Shown here one piece after another: positions 8,781-18,634 of a DNA stretch of 60,892 bases (position 1 is its first letter; the number at the start of each line of letters is the position of its first letter). The notes under the pieces were generated by a model. That model saw nothing but the letters and a program-made list of their open reading frames with translations, was not told the origin of the DNA and ran no database searches. Location: positions 1 through 60,892 of the IMG/VR virus record IMGVR_UViG_3300005529_000040; one strand, written 5' to 3'. The DNA is from a virus (lineage: Duplodnaviria; Caudoviricetes). Both the position numbers and the translations under genes were made by a program.

Positions 8781-9776
8781 GTGGCAACTGACGCGATCTC
8801 TCCTTCTGTGCAGAATCAGCCTGTTGGCAAAGTTTCAGCGGCTCCGACGCCTGCAAAGCCTTCTGTTCCGCCTGCCTCGTCTCCTGGCACGACGCCGGCC
8901 GCAACCACCTCTCTTGCGGCCGGCGTCAATGCGGTGGTCGGTCAAAAGGTCATCGTGCCGAAGGGTATTCGAGCGTTCAACACGCAAGACTTGAAAAAAG
9001 AAGTTTCGTTCTTCCGCGGCATGTTGTACGGCGAGACTGACAGCCGCAAGACGACAACGGCCGCGGACTTTGGTGGACCGGAGAGAACGTTCATCATCGG
9101 GACTCGCGCCGCCGAGCAATTGCTCCCGCTGCAAGAAAGAAGTTTCCACGTTGCATTGATCGATGATGGTCCGGCGTTGAGCTGGGCGCTTCAATATCCC
9201 GATCAAGCGGCGCGCGCGTTTGGCTTCCCCGAGTTTGCGGATATGTTGGCTGCGCCTGACGCCGAGCCTGTCTTGATGGTCGACGACATGACCGAGGGCG
9301 CGAACTTTTTGGTCGACGACAACTCCACGCGAGATGACGGATCGGACGTAAAGGACGGCCGGCAGATCTATAAAGCCGTGAACGACAATCTACGTGAGAT
9401 CATGTCGAGCCTGAAGCGTCGCCGGATGCATCTGGTGCTGACTGCTCTTGCCAAGAAGTTCGAAACGCCTCTCGCTAACGAGGAAGCGATTGGACCGGAC
9501 ATGCCAACCGGCGCGCGGTCGATCATCACCGCGGATCTTGAGCACGTCCTGTTCATGAAGAAGTCGACGCATAAATTCATCACGCGGCCGATGTACATCA
9601 ACTACAAAAAGAAAGACGAAAAGGGCAAGGACCAGCTGTACAAGCGTGAGATTTTTGCCAAGAACAAGCTGCCGAAGGAACTCGCCCTACGTCAGCCGCC
9701 GGTTCTGAATCTCTCCGGCGAAGAAGACATGGACCTGCGCGCTTACTGGAACAAAGTCAAGCCGCCAAAAAAGTGA
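8781..9776 (+). CDS. AAA_24/Sak4-like recombination ATPase
   Basis: LYGETDSRKTT P-loop variant, LMVDDMT Walker B, HLVLTA, FAKNK; lies between a nuclease and an SSB-like gene. Confidence 0.75.
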   Translation: MATDAISPSVQNQPVGKVSAAPTPAKPSVPPASSPGTTPAATTSLAAGVNAVVGQKVIVPKGIRAFNTQDLKKEVSFFRGMLYGETDSRKTTTAADFGGPERTFIIGTRAAEQLLPLQERSFHVALIDDGPALSWALQYPDQAARAFGFPEFADMLAAPDAEPVLMVDDMTEGANFLVDDNSTRDDGSDVKDGRQIYKAVNDNLREIMSSLKRRRMHLVLTALAKKFETPLANEEAIGPDMPTGARSIITADLEHVLFMKKSTHKFITRPMYINYKKKDEKGKDQLYKREIFAKNKLPKELALRQPPVLNLSGEEDMDLRAYWNKVKPPKK

Positions 9777-9851
9777 CCATGATGGTTTGGTTGGCCTGCG
9801 CTGCACTTGCGGTTGCGTTACGAATCGGTGTTGCTCTCTGGATGGGTCGCA

Positions 9852-10136
9852 ATGGAAAACATCAATAGTCTTTTAGATTTTACCGGCCAGCAGTTCAAGG
9901 AAGTCACGCAGGCTTTTTCCGATCGAACTGCCGCCGGGGACAAAATTCTGGAAGCAACGTTCCAGGCGTTAGCCGTTCTGCCAGAGTTTAACGAACGTTT
10001 CTACGACATCGCCGCACGCACCGGGCTTGATGTCACCAGTCCGATTGTGCAGCAAAGCATTCGCGCAATGGCGATCTCGTTCTTTTTGTACGGCGAGGCT
10101 CTCGGTCGTATCGAAGCCCCGCGAGTAGTGAATTAG
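9852..10136 (+). CDS. Hypothetical protein
   Basis: ORF in operon context. Confidence 0.55.
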   Translation: MENINSLLDFTGQQFKEVTQAFSDRTAAGDKILEATFQALAVLPEFNERFYDIAARTGLDVTSPIVQQSIRAMAISFFLYGEALGRIEAPRVVN

Positions 10137-10168
10137 TTTTTCAAGTGGTAAATCTTTGAGGAGATGAA

Positions 10169-10804
10169 ATGGAAGAGCTAGCAACAGGCACGTTCGCTGA
10201 AGAGGCATTGCCGGTCGCTGACGAGCAGATCGTCACTGACGATGATGTCTTTGCAACATCTGAGCTGGAAGTTCCTCCAGCAATTCCGGACGCACATCGC
10301 GGCACCATTGAAGGTGTCGAGCTGAAGCGTTACGAAAACGAAAAACAGACGGTCTCGATCGTCGTCAACTTGCGCTCGCAAGATGTTCCGACGCTGGATT
10401 CGAGCCTGGAAATTTTCCTTCCCAAAGGGTTCGTGGAGAACATCCATGTCGACGCGTCGTCCTTGCCGGAAGAGGAAGGCAACAAACAGCAGAGCTCGTT
10501 CCGCATCGGCGTGGCGAACTCTGATGGCACTGCCACTCTTCAGGAGCTGCGCGCTCTGGCGAAAGAACAGGGCCGCACTGCAGGCCAGGTCGGGATCACC
10601 AAGAAGGCCGAGACGATCGAAGAGTTCGTCGACAATCACAGCAAGCTGCTGACCGGGCTGGAAGTGATCTTCCTGCGCCGGCCGGATGGCGGCGACGATC
10701 CGCGGTTCAAGAACCGGCTGCGCGTGAAGTCAGTCGTCAGCATTTCTCAGCTGAACAATCCGAAAGCCTTCAAGAAATATCAGAAGGCCTGGGAACAACA
10801 GTAA
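10169..10804 (+). CDS. Putative ssDNA-binding (OB-fold-like) protein
   Basis: GAGGAG RBS; acidic N-terminus; PDAHRGTIEGVE beta pattern; follows the Sak4-like gene. Confidence 0.5.
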   Translation: MEELATGTFAEEALPVADEQIVTDDDVFATSELEVPPAIPDAHRGTIEGVELKRYENEKQTVSIVVNLRSQDVPTLDSSLEIFLPKGFVENIHVDASSLPEEEGNKQQSSFRIGVANSDGTATLQELRALAKEQGRTAGQVGITKKAETIEEFVDNHSKLLTGLEVIFLRRPDGGDDPRFKNRLRVKSVVSISQLNNPKAFKKYQKAWEQQ

Positions 10805-10873
10805 GTTTGATCTGCCCCAACGCGAACGCGGGCCGCAGCGCGTAATCTGCGGCGTTATTTCCTACAACAAAAT

Positions 10874-11053
10874 ATGAAGCATCAAGATCCATTGCCAGCG
10901 GGCGCTATTGGGCGTAACCGAGCCGGTATCCCAGTATTCAGCCGAGCGACGAAAGTTGTCGACGCTGATTGCTACAACGGCCTGAACGAAGACGGCAAGC
11001 CGACGTTCGTGCGCTGCAAAACGATCGTTGCAATGACGGCATTCAACCGATGA
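10874..11053 (+). CDS. Hypothetical protein (59 aa)
   Basis: ATGA overlap with the helicase start. Confidence 0.45.
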   Translation: MKHQDPLPAGAIGRNRAGIPVFSRATKVVDADCYNGLNEDGKPTFVRCKTIVAMTAFNR

Positions 11054-12576
11054 CCACGACAGCCCTCAAAGAGATTTCGTGGACTCCGTTTCAACAAGCA
11101 ATTTTTGACTTCGTTGAAAATGGAGAAGGCTCGGCCGTTGTTGAGGCCGTTGCTGGAAGCGGCAAGACGACCACGATCGTTGAAGCCGCGCGGCGTCTAC
11201 CTTTCGGCACTGAGGGCGCCTTCGTCGCATTCAACCGTGTTATCGCCGACGAGTTGAAACGCCGGTTACCGGCAAGCGTGCCTGCCATGACGCTGAACGC
11301 TCTGGGCAACCGCGCGTGGAAAGCGTTCATTGGCAAATATCCCGAGGTCGACGGCTACAAGATCTCAGCGCTGGTGCGTGACATGACCAGCAACAACGAT
11401 CGCGATTTCGTAGGCGACGTAAAGAAACTCATCGACCTGGCAAAAGGCATTGGCTTGGTCCCAGGGAATCTCGTCCGAACATCATGGGGTGAAGCACGCG
11501 GTCTGGTTCCTGACTCCGACCAAACCTGGCAAGATCTCATGGACGAGCATGATATCTCGTTCAAGTTTCCTGGGCAGGAAAAGGACGCACTGTCGCTGGC
11601 CCGTCGGGTCCTTCTCGAGTCGATTCGGGTTTCTCGAGACAAGATCGATTTCAACGACCAGCTGTATTTGCCAGTTGTGTTCCGCGCGCCGTTCAAGAAG
11701 TATGACCTGCTCTTCGTTGACGAAGCTCAGGACGTGAACGCGATTCAGCTCGAGATGATTGAGCGCAGTCTGCACAAGCAGGGACGATTGATCGCCGTCG
11801 GGGATCCGCACCAAGCGATCTATGGTTTCCTCGGCGCAGGAACTGACTCGCTCGAAATCATTCGAGAAAAATTCAACGCTGCGATGATGCCGTTGCACGT
11901 CAGTTTTCGTTGCCCGCGCAAGGTCGTGCAGAAAGCGCGGACGTACGTGTCCCATATTCAACACAAGGACGATGCCCCAGAAGGCGACGTCAAAGTGTGG
12001 GGCTCAGCGTGGAGCAGCGACGACTTTCAGCCGACGGATGTCATCCTGTGCAGAAATAACGCGCCGCTGATCTCAATGGCTTTCAAGCTCATTCGAGACG
12101 GGGTCGGGGTGAAAGTGTTGGGACGTGACATCGGCCGCGGACTGATCGCGCTGGTGAACAAGCTGAAGGCTACGGATACGAATGATCTCCGGCGAAAGCT
12201 GTTGGACCATTTGGACAAGGAAAGCAAGAAGCTGCGCGACAAGCCTGATCAGATCGCCAGGCTCGAGGATCGCGTCGCAACGTTGATGATCTTTATCAAC
12301 GCCCAGGACAATCTGTCGTCTGTGCAGAATGTCATCGCGTCGATCGAGAAGCTGTTTTCGACGGATGACGCAAACGAAAACAAGCAACTGTTGACTTTGT
12401 CAACGGTGCATAAAGCCAAGGGTGGCGAGTGGCCGCGGGTGTTCATTTTGAACCCAGGCCTGATGCCGGCTGGCTGGGTTGAGCCAGGCACCTGGCAGTA
12501 CGACCAAGAGATTCATCTGCAGTATGTAGCTGTGACCCGAGCGCAAAAAGAATTGATCTACATCGAAATGGAGTAG
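11050..12576 (+). CDS. UvrD/Rep superfamily 1 helicase
   Basis: AVAGSGKT, VDEAQD, VGDPHQAIYGF, SFRCP, STVHKAKGGE, YVAVTRA. Confidence 0.93.
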   Translation: MTTTALKEISWTPFQQAIFDFVENGEGSAVVEAVAGSGKTTTIVEAARRLPFGTEGAFVAFNRVIADELKRRLPASVPAMTLNALGNRAWKAFIGKYPEVDGYKISALVRDMTSNNDRDFVGDVKKLIDLAKGIGLVPGNLVRTSWGEARGLVPDSDQTWQDLMDEHDISFKFPGQEKDALSLARRVLLESIRVSRDKIDFNDQLYLPVVFRAPFKKYDLLFVDEAQDVNAIQLEMIERSLHKQGRLIAVGDPHQAIYGFLGAGTDSLEIIREKFNAAMMPLHVSFRCPRKVVQKARTYVSHIQHKDDAPEGDVKVWGSAWSSDDFQPTDVILCRNNAPLISMAFKLIRDGVGVKVLGRDIGRGLIALVNKLKATDTNDLRRKLLDHLDKESKKLRDKPDQIARLEDRVATLMIFINAQDNLSSVQNVIASIEKLFSTDDANENKQLLTLSTVHKAKGGEWPRVFILNPGLMPAGWVEPGTWQYDQEIHLQYVAVTRAQKELIYIEME

Positions 12577-12578
12577 TT

Positions 12579-12890
12579 ATGAGTCTTGATTTTAGTGAGT
12601 GTCCTCTCTGCACGGTGTGCTATCCGTACCGGCTGAGCAACGGCCTGATTGTCAGTGTCGATATCACGCAGATCGACGAGGAGTATTTCCAAGTTACTTG
12701 GCTTGGAGACGATTCCGAAAGCCGCGGCGCGGATTTTTATGGAAAGGGTGCTGAGCAACGCGCCCAAGACTATGCCGAGTTCGTACAGGATACGTTCGCG
12801 CGAAATTTGCCGATCGCGATCAACCAGGCCGACGGGCATGCAGACGAAATTGAACTACTGAATCCCCCGGGACCGAAAGGAATGTTCTGA
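12579..12890 (+). CDS. Hypothetical protein
   Basis: RBS; packed between neighbouring genes. Confidence 0.6.
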   Translation: MSLDFSECPLCTVCYPYRLSNGLIVSVDITQIDEEYFQVTWLGDDSESRGADFYGKGAEQRAQDYAEFVQDTFARNLPIAINQADGHADEIELLNPPGPKGMF

Positions 12891-13261
12891 TGCACGGCTG
12901 GATCGGGGTGGATCTGGATGGCACACTCGCCGAGTACACGCATTGGAAAGGTGCTGAACATGTCGGTGCGCCTATACCGCGTATGGTCGAAAGAGTCAAA
13001 CAGTGGCTCGCAGAAGGAAAAGAAGTTCGAATCTTCACAGCGCGTGTTTGGCCTCTTGGAACTCTCTGGGCAGAAGTAGAGACATCCGAATATAAAAAGC
13101 GCACGGCCGAAGCAATCGTTGCAAAACACGCCATTGAACGCTGGTGTCAAGAGCAATTTGGTCGCGTATTGGAAATCACTTGTATCAAAGATTTTGGCAT
13201 GATCGAGCTTTGGGATGACCGAGCAATCGGCGTCATCAAGAACACCGGCGTTACGCGATGA
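12890..13261 (+). CDS. HAD-superfamily phosphatase (PNKP-like)
   Basis: IGVDLDGTLA, FTAR, K, WDDRA. Confidence 0.85.
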   Translation: MHGWIGVDLDGTLAEYTHWKGAEHVGAPIPRMVERVKQWLAEGKEVRIFTARVWPLGTLWAEVETSEYKKRTAEAIVAKHAIERWCQEQFGRVLEITCIKDFGMIELWDDRAIGVIKNTGVTR

Positions 13262-14304
13262 TCGATAAGCCGTCACAATGCTTCGCCTCCGGTTGTCCGC
13301 TCGCGGTTCTGTGCAGGCATTGTGAAAAACCGTTGGAGGAACACGTTGAAAAGAAGTGCGCTGACGGTAAGTCGTTTGAATCGCTTGGACGAGGATTTGT
13401 TCTTGGAACTGGAGACCCTGCTAAGGCAAAGTATGCATTCGTTCTCGAAGCTCCAGGTCGCGAAGAACTCTCATTCAAGATCCAGGCAGTCCCTGGAAGA
13501 TCTTTTTTCTCGGATCCGGCAGAGGTCGAGCGCGAGATTTCGACGCGCAGGCGCGACTATCCGGACGTCCCCGTCGAGTATCTGACGCGTGGGGCGCCGG
13601 TAGTCGGACAGAGCGGTGCAGCGTTGTTTGGTTGGATCTTGCCCAAGGCAGGCATCAAGCGTGATGAAAACGTCTATCTCGACAACACGATTCGGTGCCT
13701 CCCTCCGAAAAACGCACAGGGAGCGTACTACCCAACTGGAGAAGTTAAAAAGGGAGCTGAGCGTTGCTGTCGGCAATGGGACCGAATCGAAGCCTACCGG
13801 CCTGACGTTCTCGTCTTTGGACTTCATCCTGCAGGAATACTACGAGAGATTACACCCCTTCCTCTCGCAGTCCGAGATGCTGAAAAAGTTCGAGACTTCA
13901 CGAATGCGGGACGCCGCGTACTCGCCCTATTGGGAGGAAAAGCTACTCAGGCGTTTGCTCGATACGGAAGCAACATCAGCAAATGGAGAGGACATTACAT
14001 TACGTTGGCTGCAGACTGGGCGAAGACATACAAGCAGCTCTTCGAGTACGTCGCGAAGCGTAACGCCAGAAAGCGTAAAGCCGTGAGCGAAGAGACTGAC
14101 ATCTGGGGTGTGCCTCAAAGTGTGGTCGATCGTGCTCGGGAAAAGAACACGCGGCCGGACGAGCTGAATCCGGTCGCGTGTAAGAGTTTCAAACGTTACC
14201 AGGGCAAGCGTGCGCCGAAATGCGGTTGCGCGCCGTGCTGGGACAAATACGAGGAGCTTCACAATGTCCAAAACACAACAGCCGTTTCCGAAGAAACTCG
14301 CTGA
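13258..14304 (+). CDS. Family 4-like uracil-DNA glycosylase
   Basis: GTGD...FVLEAPGREE, VVGQSG, YLDNTIRCLPP, LHPA; Cys-rich ends. Confidence 0.75.
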   Translation: MIDKPSQCFASGCPLAVLCRHCEKPLEEHVEKKCADGKSFESLGRGFVLGTGDPAKAKYAFVLEAPGREELSFKIQAVPGRSFFSDPAEVEREISTRRRDYPDVPVEYLTRGAPVVGQSGAALFGWILPKAGIKRDENVYLDNTIRCLPPKNAQGAYYPTGEVKKGAERCCRQWDRIEAYRPDVLVFGLHPAGILREITPLPLAVRDAEKVRDFTNAGRRVLALLGGKATQAFARYGSNISKWRGHYITLAADWAKTYKQLFEYVAKRNARKRKAVSEETDIWGVPQSVVDRAREKNTRPDELNPVACKSFKRYQGKRAPKCGCAPCWDKYEELHNVQNTTAVSEETR

Positions 14305-14545
14305 CATCAAGGACGCCAACGGCACGTCTCTGCAGTCGTATGCAGAGAGCGTCATGGAAAAGTCGGATACCGCCGGCTTGCTTACGTTCATGGTGTTTCT
14401 GTCGCCCGACGGCAATCTGTTCACCACGATCTCGAACATCGCGGTGCATGAGCAGCCGGATCTCCTGCACCGCATAGCTGCACAGATGCGAAAGCCGGCG
14501 AAGAGCCGTACGACCTTGACGCCGAGCACGGAGCCGCAGGCATGA
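14264..14545 (+). CDS. Hypothetical protein
   Basis: GAGGAG RBS; ATGA overlap with the MazG gene. Confidence 0.55.
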   Translation: MSKTQQPFPKKLADIKDANGTSLQSYAESVMEKSDTAGLLTFMVFLSPDGNLFTTISNIAVHEQPDLLHRIAAQMRKPAKSRTTLTPSTEPQA

Positions 14546-14877
14546 ACATCAACGACATTGCTCAGGCTGCGTACGAAAATAGCCGGGCCCACGGCTTCCA
14601 CGAACAGCCGACGACGGTTGGCGATCGCTTGATGCTGATCGTGTCGGAGATCGCCGAAGCTCTCGAGGAGTATCGCAACAATCACCGGCCGAACGAGATC
14701 TATTTCAATCCCGAGAAGCCGGACAAGCCCGAGGGCGTGCCTGTCGAGCTAGCGGATGCTGTGATTCGCATCGCCGAATTCTCTGCGCTCTATGGAATCA
14801 ATCTCGGCGCGGCGATCGAGCAAAAGATGGCGTACAACCGCACACGGCCCTATAGGCATGGAGGGAAAAGACTCTAG
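14542..14877 (+). CDS. MazG-like nucleotide pyrophosphohydrolase
   Basis: LMLIVSEIAEALE...ELADAVIR...KMAYNRTRPYRHGGK. Confidence 0.9.
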   Translation: MNINDIAQAAYENSRAHGFHEQPTTVGDRLMLIVSEIAEALEEYRNNHRPNEIYFNPEKPDKPEGVPVELADAVIRIAEFSALYGINLGAAIEQKMAYNRTRPYRHGGKRL

Positions 14878-14879
14878 TC

Positions 14880-15257
14880 GTGGCTCTAACTCGCAAACAG
14901 ATTCAGCGCCGTTACTACGAGCGAAAGTTTCTTGGTAATTATGAAGCACGCCGTGACAAAAAGCTCCGAGAGACATACGGGATTACATTGGATGAATATA
15001 AAAAAATGCTTAGAGCTCAAGGAGGCGTATGTGCTCTGTGTCACCAGCCACCTATAAAAAGGGCTTTAGACGTAGATCATTGTCATATCACGAAGAAGGT
15101 TCGTGGGTTGCTGTGTCCTCAATGTAATAGATACATCATCGGAGTAATTGAAAAGCGTAAGGTAGATCCAAAACAAGTCGCAGATTATTTATTGGAAAAA
15201 CATTCGCCATGTACCGAGTTCTCACCTCTTGGCCGGAAGTCGTCCGAGACGCAATAG
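14880..15257 (+). CDS. Endonuclease VII-family nuclease
   Basis: YGIT..EY..ML..QGGVCALC...VDHCHITKKVRGLLCPQCN. Confidence 0.9.
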   Translation: MALTRKQIQRRYYERKFLGNYEARRDKKLRETYGITLDEYKKMLRAQGGVCALCHQPPIKRALDVDHCHITKKVRGLLCPQCNRYIIGVIEKRKVDPKQVADYLLEKHSPCTEFSPLGRKSSETQ

Positions 15258-17224
15258 CAATCCAGCAACTGTTCGGACGATCTCCAATTGGATTGGATTT
15301 AGAGTGGGACAAGAACGGCAAGCCAACGATTCTTGGTCTCTCCGACGGCCAGTTGAATATCTCCGTTCCTTGGGCAGAAGGTGTTCCTTATTTACAAGAG
15401 CTTATTCAACGTCATCCGCACACAATTTTTACTGGACATAACGTAGTCGGTGCAGATTTGCAGGTGTTGAAGGAAGAACACATAGTCATTCCTTTAGCAC
15501 AAGTGGAAGACACCATCATCCGACATTGGCTTTCGAACATGCACCTTTCCAAGAGCTCAGGCAAAGCGGCGCTCGAGGAAGATGCCGGCGAAAAACGCGG
15601 CCGCGGGTTCAATAACCTGTGGACGATGGCATCTCTATACACGGACCTGCCGCATTGGAAGGACTGTCGTGGTCCTTTTTGTGAAGGTCCGTGTCCAGAG
15701 CATGACCCACAAGGATACAACGGGCTTGACGCCGCGGCTCCTGTACAGTGTTTGCCTGCGCTCAAGCGCACGATGCAGTTGCGAGGAATCGAGCGGCTCT
15801 ATCCTCTGCACAGAGAGCTTGCCTGGGTGCTGGCTGATATGCGCGAGTATGGGGTGTATGTGGACACTCCTTACATAGATCAGCTACGCGCTGACCACGA
15901 ACGCGACAAAGAAGCTCTTGCTGTGCAGCTGCCGTTCAATCCTAAATCAAATCCCGAAGTCTTGAGGTTCTTCGATGAGACATACGGGCTGAAGCTTGAC
16001 GACAACCAGGAAGAGACGATACGAGACGCTGTCGAGGACGCCGGTGGCGAAGAGTTCGCGCCGGAAGAGCTGGCGCTCTTGCTCGAATACAAAGAGCTGG
16101 GGAATGGACCTGATCGCTGGTTCCAGCCGTACTACATCGGCAAGGATGGCTATCAGAAAGGCTTTCTCGACGAAAAAGGCTTCATCCACCCGCACCTGTC
16201 GTTTTTCACATCGTCCGCGCGCATGATGTGCAGCTCGCCGAACCTGCAGAACGTCGCGAAGCGGCGCAAGAGCCGGCGTAAATGTGAATGCGGACACATG
16301 AAAGCTGAGCACTCTGGCAAGTGCATGATCGTTGGGTGTACGTGTGAGAAGTTCCGCGGCGAGGCGATTGGCAAGAAGATTCGGCGCGCGTTCATTGCGC
16401 CGCCTGGCTGGTACATCGTGCGCGCTGATCTTTCGAACGCGGAGAACCGCGTTGTGCTGCACCTGAGCGGGTACGAGATTGGGAGAGATGTTGACTTGCA
16501 TGCATGGGTCCGTGACATTGCGGGTCTAACTGAGGATATGGAGTTCTGCAAGATCTTGGGCAATGCGCGAGAAGCGGCGAAATCGATTCAGCACGCTGGC
16601 AACATTTTGGAAGGTCTGCAGCTCAAGTATCCGCAAGAACTCCGTTCGCCTAAGATCAAAGCTGAGATCGCGGCTGGCGCGCGCGTTGTGTATCCAGAGT
16701 GGACATTCGAAGGGCGTGTGGTCACGTTTACGGGCGTCAACCTGGCGCGGCGTGCGTTTGGCGACGCGAGCTGGGCAAACCGGCGCGCGGCTCTCGACAT
16801 CGCGAACAAATATTTCGGGCGCTTCCCGGGTGTGCGGGCGTTCCAGCAGCGCGTGAGCAAACAGGCCGAGACAGAACACGCGGTGCGTCCGCCGAACGGA
16901 TACGTCACGTTGAGCTACGGACCACCGGACGATCGCATGAAGGCTGCGCAGGGCATTTTTCAACAGCAACCAGTCGCGCATATAACGAAGTTAGCTCTTT
17001 TGAATCTTCATCGGCGCTGGCGCGAAACAGGCAAGATTAGACCTGTTCTACAGGTGCATGACGAACTAATTGCCTACGTAAGAAACGATGTTGATCCTCA
17101 GACGGCAATGGGCTGGATTCAGCAAGACATGGAAGTCGTGAATACTGATGGTGATTTGAAAGGGCTGTTAATCCCCGCAGAACCTTCGTGGGGTCCGAAC
17201 TGGCGCGATCAAAATAAGAAATGA
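15209..17224 (+). CDS. polA: Family A DNA polymerase with 3'-5' exonuclease
   Basis: DLE, HN...D and YNGLD exonuclease motifs; SSPNLQN; motif A ADLSNAENR; motif C VHDE. Confidence 0.93.
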   Translation: MYRVLTSWPEVVRDAIAIQQLFGRSPIGLDLEWDKNGKPTILGLSDGQLNISVPWAEGVPYLQELIQRHPHTIFTGHNVVGADLQVLKEEHIVIPLAQVEDTIIRHWLSNMHLSKSSGKAALEEDAGEKRGRGFNNLWTMASLYTDLPHWKDCRGPFCEGPCPEHDPQGYNGLDAAAPVQCLPALKRTMQLRGIERLYPLHRELAWVLADMREYGVYVDTPYIDQLRADHERDKEALAVQLPFNPKSNPEVLRFFDETYGLKLDDNQEETIRDAVEDAGGEEFAPEELALLLEYKELGNGPDRWFQPYYIGKDGYQKGFLDEKGFIHPHLSFFTSSARMMCSSPNLQNVAKRRKSRRKCECGHMKAEHSGKCMIVGCTCEKFRGEAIGKKIRRAFIAPPGWYIVRADLSNAENRVVLHLSGYEIGRDVDLHAWVRDIAGLTEDMEFCKILGNAREAAKSIQHAGNILEGLQLKYPQELRSPKIKAEIAAGARVVYPEWTFEGRVVTFTGVNLARRAFGDASWANRRAALDIANKYFGRFPGVRAFQQRVSKQAETEHAVRPPNGYVTLSYGPPDDRMKAAQGIFQQQPVAHITKLALLNLHRRWRETGKIRPVLQVHDELIAYVRNDVDPQTAMGWIQQDMEVVNTDGDLKGLLIPAEPSWGPNWRDQNKK

Positions 17225-17661
17225 CTGCAGATCAAAAATACTATAAGCGACATCGCGCAAAGATTCGTGAGAAACAACGTGCTTACTATCAACGTACACG
17301 TCGTCAGAAGATTGCGTATCAGCGCGCATATTACAAGACGCATCAGGAGTGGATTCGTAAACGTACGCAACTGTGGTGGAAACGAACTAAAAAGGCACGC
17401 GCGAAAGTAAAACGTGCCTGGCGGCTCCGTCAGTACGGAATCACACTTAACCAACATACCTTGGCTCGAAAGAAACAAAACAATCGTTGTGCTATCTGCC
17501 TAAAGCGCTTGCCGAAGTATCCTGCAACAGATCATTCGCACAAGACGGGAAAGTTTCGTGCATTGCTCTGTCATAGTTGCAACCGCGGCTTGGGGTTCTT
17601 CCAAGAGCACATCCCAACCTTACGACGGGCCATTCGATACGTGAAAACTCATGCCCACTGA
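17221..17661 (+). CDS. Endonuclease VII-family nuclease
   Basis: YGIT...QNNRCAIC...DHSHKTGKFRALLCHSCNRGLG. Confidence 0.9.
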   Translation: MTADQKYYKRHRAKIREKQRAYYQRTRRQKIAYQRAYYKTHQEWIRKRTQLWWKRTKKARAKVKRAWRLRQYGITLNQHTLARKKQNNRCAICLKRLPKYPATDHSHKTGKFRALLCHSCNRGLGFFQEHIPTLRRAIRYVKTHAH

Positions 17662-18601
17662 CTTCTCCAAAATTCCGCAAGAGCTGCGTGATCTCCCGCG
17701 ATGGATCGGCTGGCGTTACGAAGAGCGCAACGGGCAGAAGACAAAGGTCCCGTACAACGCGCGCACCCTCGAGCTTGCCAGCTCCACGAACCCGGCGCAC
17801 TGGACCACGTTCTCACAGGTGCTCAAGAACGGAAAATATTTCCGCGGCCCGGGGTTGGTGATCGCGCCGCCATACATGGGGATCGATCTCGATCAGTGCC
17901 GCGACCCGAAGACTGGCGACGCCGAACCGTGGGCCTGGAACATCATCAACGAACTCAACTCGTACACCGAAGTGAGCCCGAGCGGACGTGGCTTTCACAT
18001 TTGGGTCAAAGCGACTATGCCGGTCCGTGGACGCAAGAAGAAAATGGCCAACACGTTCGTCCTGTCGGCCGAGGGGAAGTCGCCTGCTATTGAGGTCTAT
18101 CGTGACGGACGCTACTTCACAATGTCTGCACAGAGGCTTGAGGATCAGCCCGTACTATCCACTTGCGGCTCTTGTGAAGGCTCTGGGTTAATGGACAGCG
18201 GCGGCGTAACGATGTGGGACGCGCCTATTAACATACGATGTGAATGTACGTACGGTCCTTCGTGGAACGTCGAAGCGCGCGATCTGAGCGCCTGGCTCCT
18301 GGGGACGTTTGGAGAGATCACGGAGGCTGAGCTTGCCGAAGCGACCTACACGCCGGCAGATCCAGACGGCGACAACGACTCGACGGCGAGCGGTGAGGAA
18401 TTTCGCATCGCTTGTGCAGTCGTGCGCGACCTGGGCATCGGCGCCACCCGCGATCAGCTCTATGCAGAGTTCTTGAAACGTGCGAAACCCCGCGCGAAGC
18501 TAAAGCGCAAGGACTACGTCGTGAGGACAATTATCAACGCGCAGGCGGCCGTCAAGCTGCACAGAGGCGCTTACGTCGATCCGTACGGCGACTTGTTTTA
18601 A
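17651..18601 (+). CDS. AEP primase-polymerase (NrS-1-like N-terminal domain), no fused helicase
   Basis: IPQELRDLPRW, TKVPY, GIDLD, YTEVSPSGRGFHIW, IEVY..GRYFT. Confidence 0.88.
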   Translation: MPTDFSKIPQELRDLPRWIGWRYEERNGQKTKVPYNARTLELASSTNPAHWTTFSQVLKNGKYFRGPGLVIAPPYMGIDLDQCRDPKTGDAEPWAWNIINELNSYTEVSPSGRGFHIWVKATMPVRGRKKKMANTFVLSAEGKSPAIEVYRDGRYFTMSAQRLEDQPVLSTCGSCEGSGLMDSGGVTMWDAPINIRCECTYGPSWNVEARDLSAWLLGTFGEITEAELAEATYTPADPDGDNDSTASGEEFRIACAVVRDLGIGATRDQLYAEFLKRAKPRAKLKRKDYVVRTIINAQAAVKLHRGAYVDPYGDLF

Positions 18602-18634
18602 TTCGGTACAATATGACAAGTTGGCACAATTCCT

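Noticed and set aside
15209-17224. Intein or group I intron in polA
   Set aside because: The inserts are short, lack C...HN-C/S/T splice motifs, and the ORF is continuous; the EndoVII genes lie outside it.
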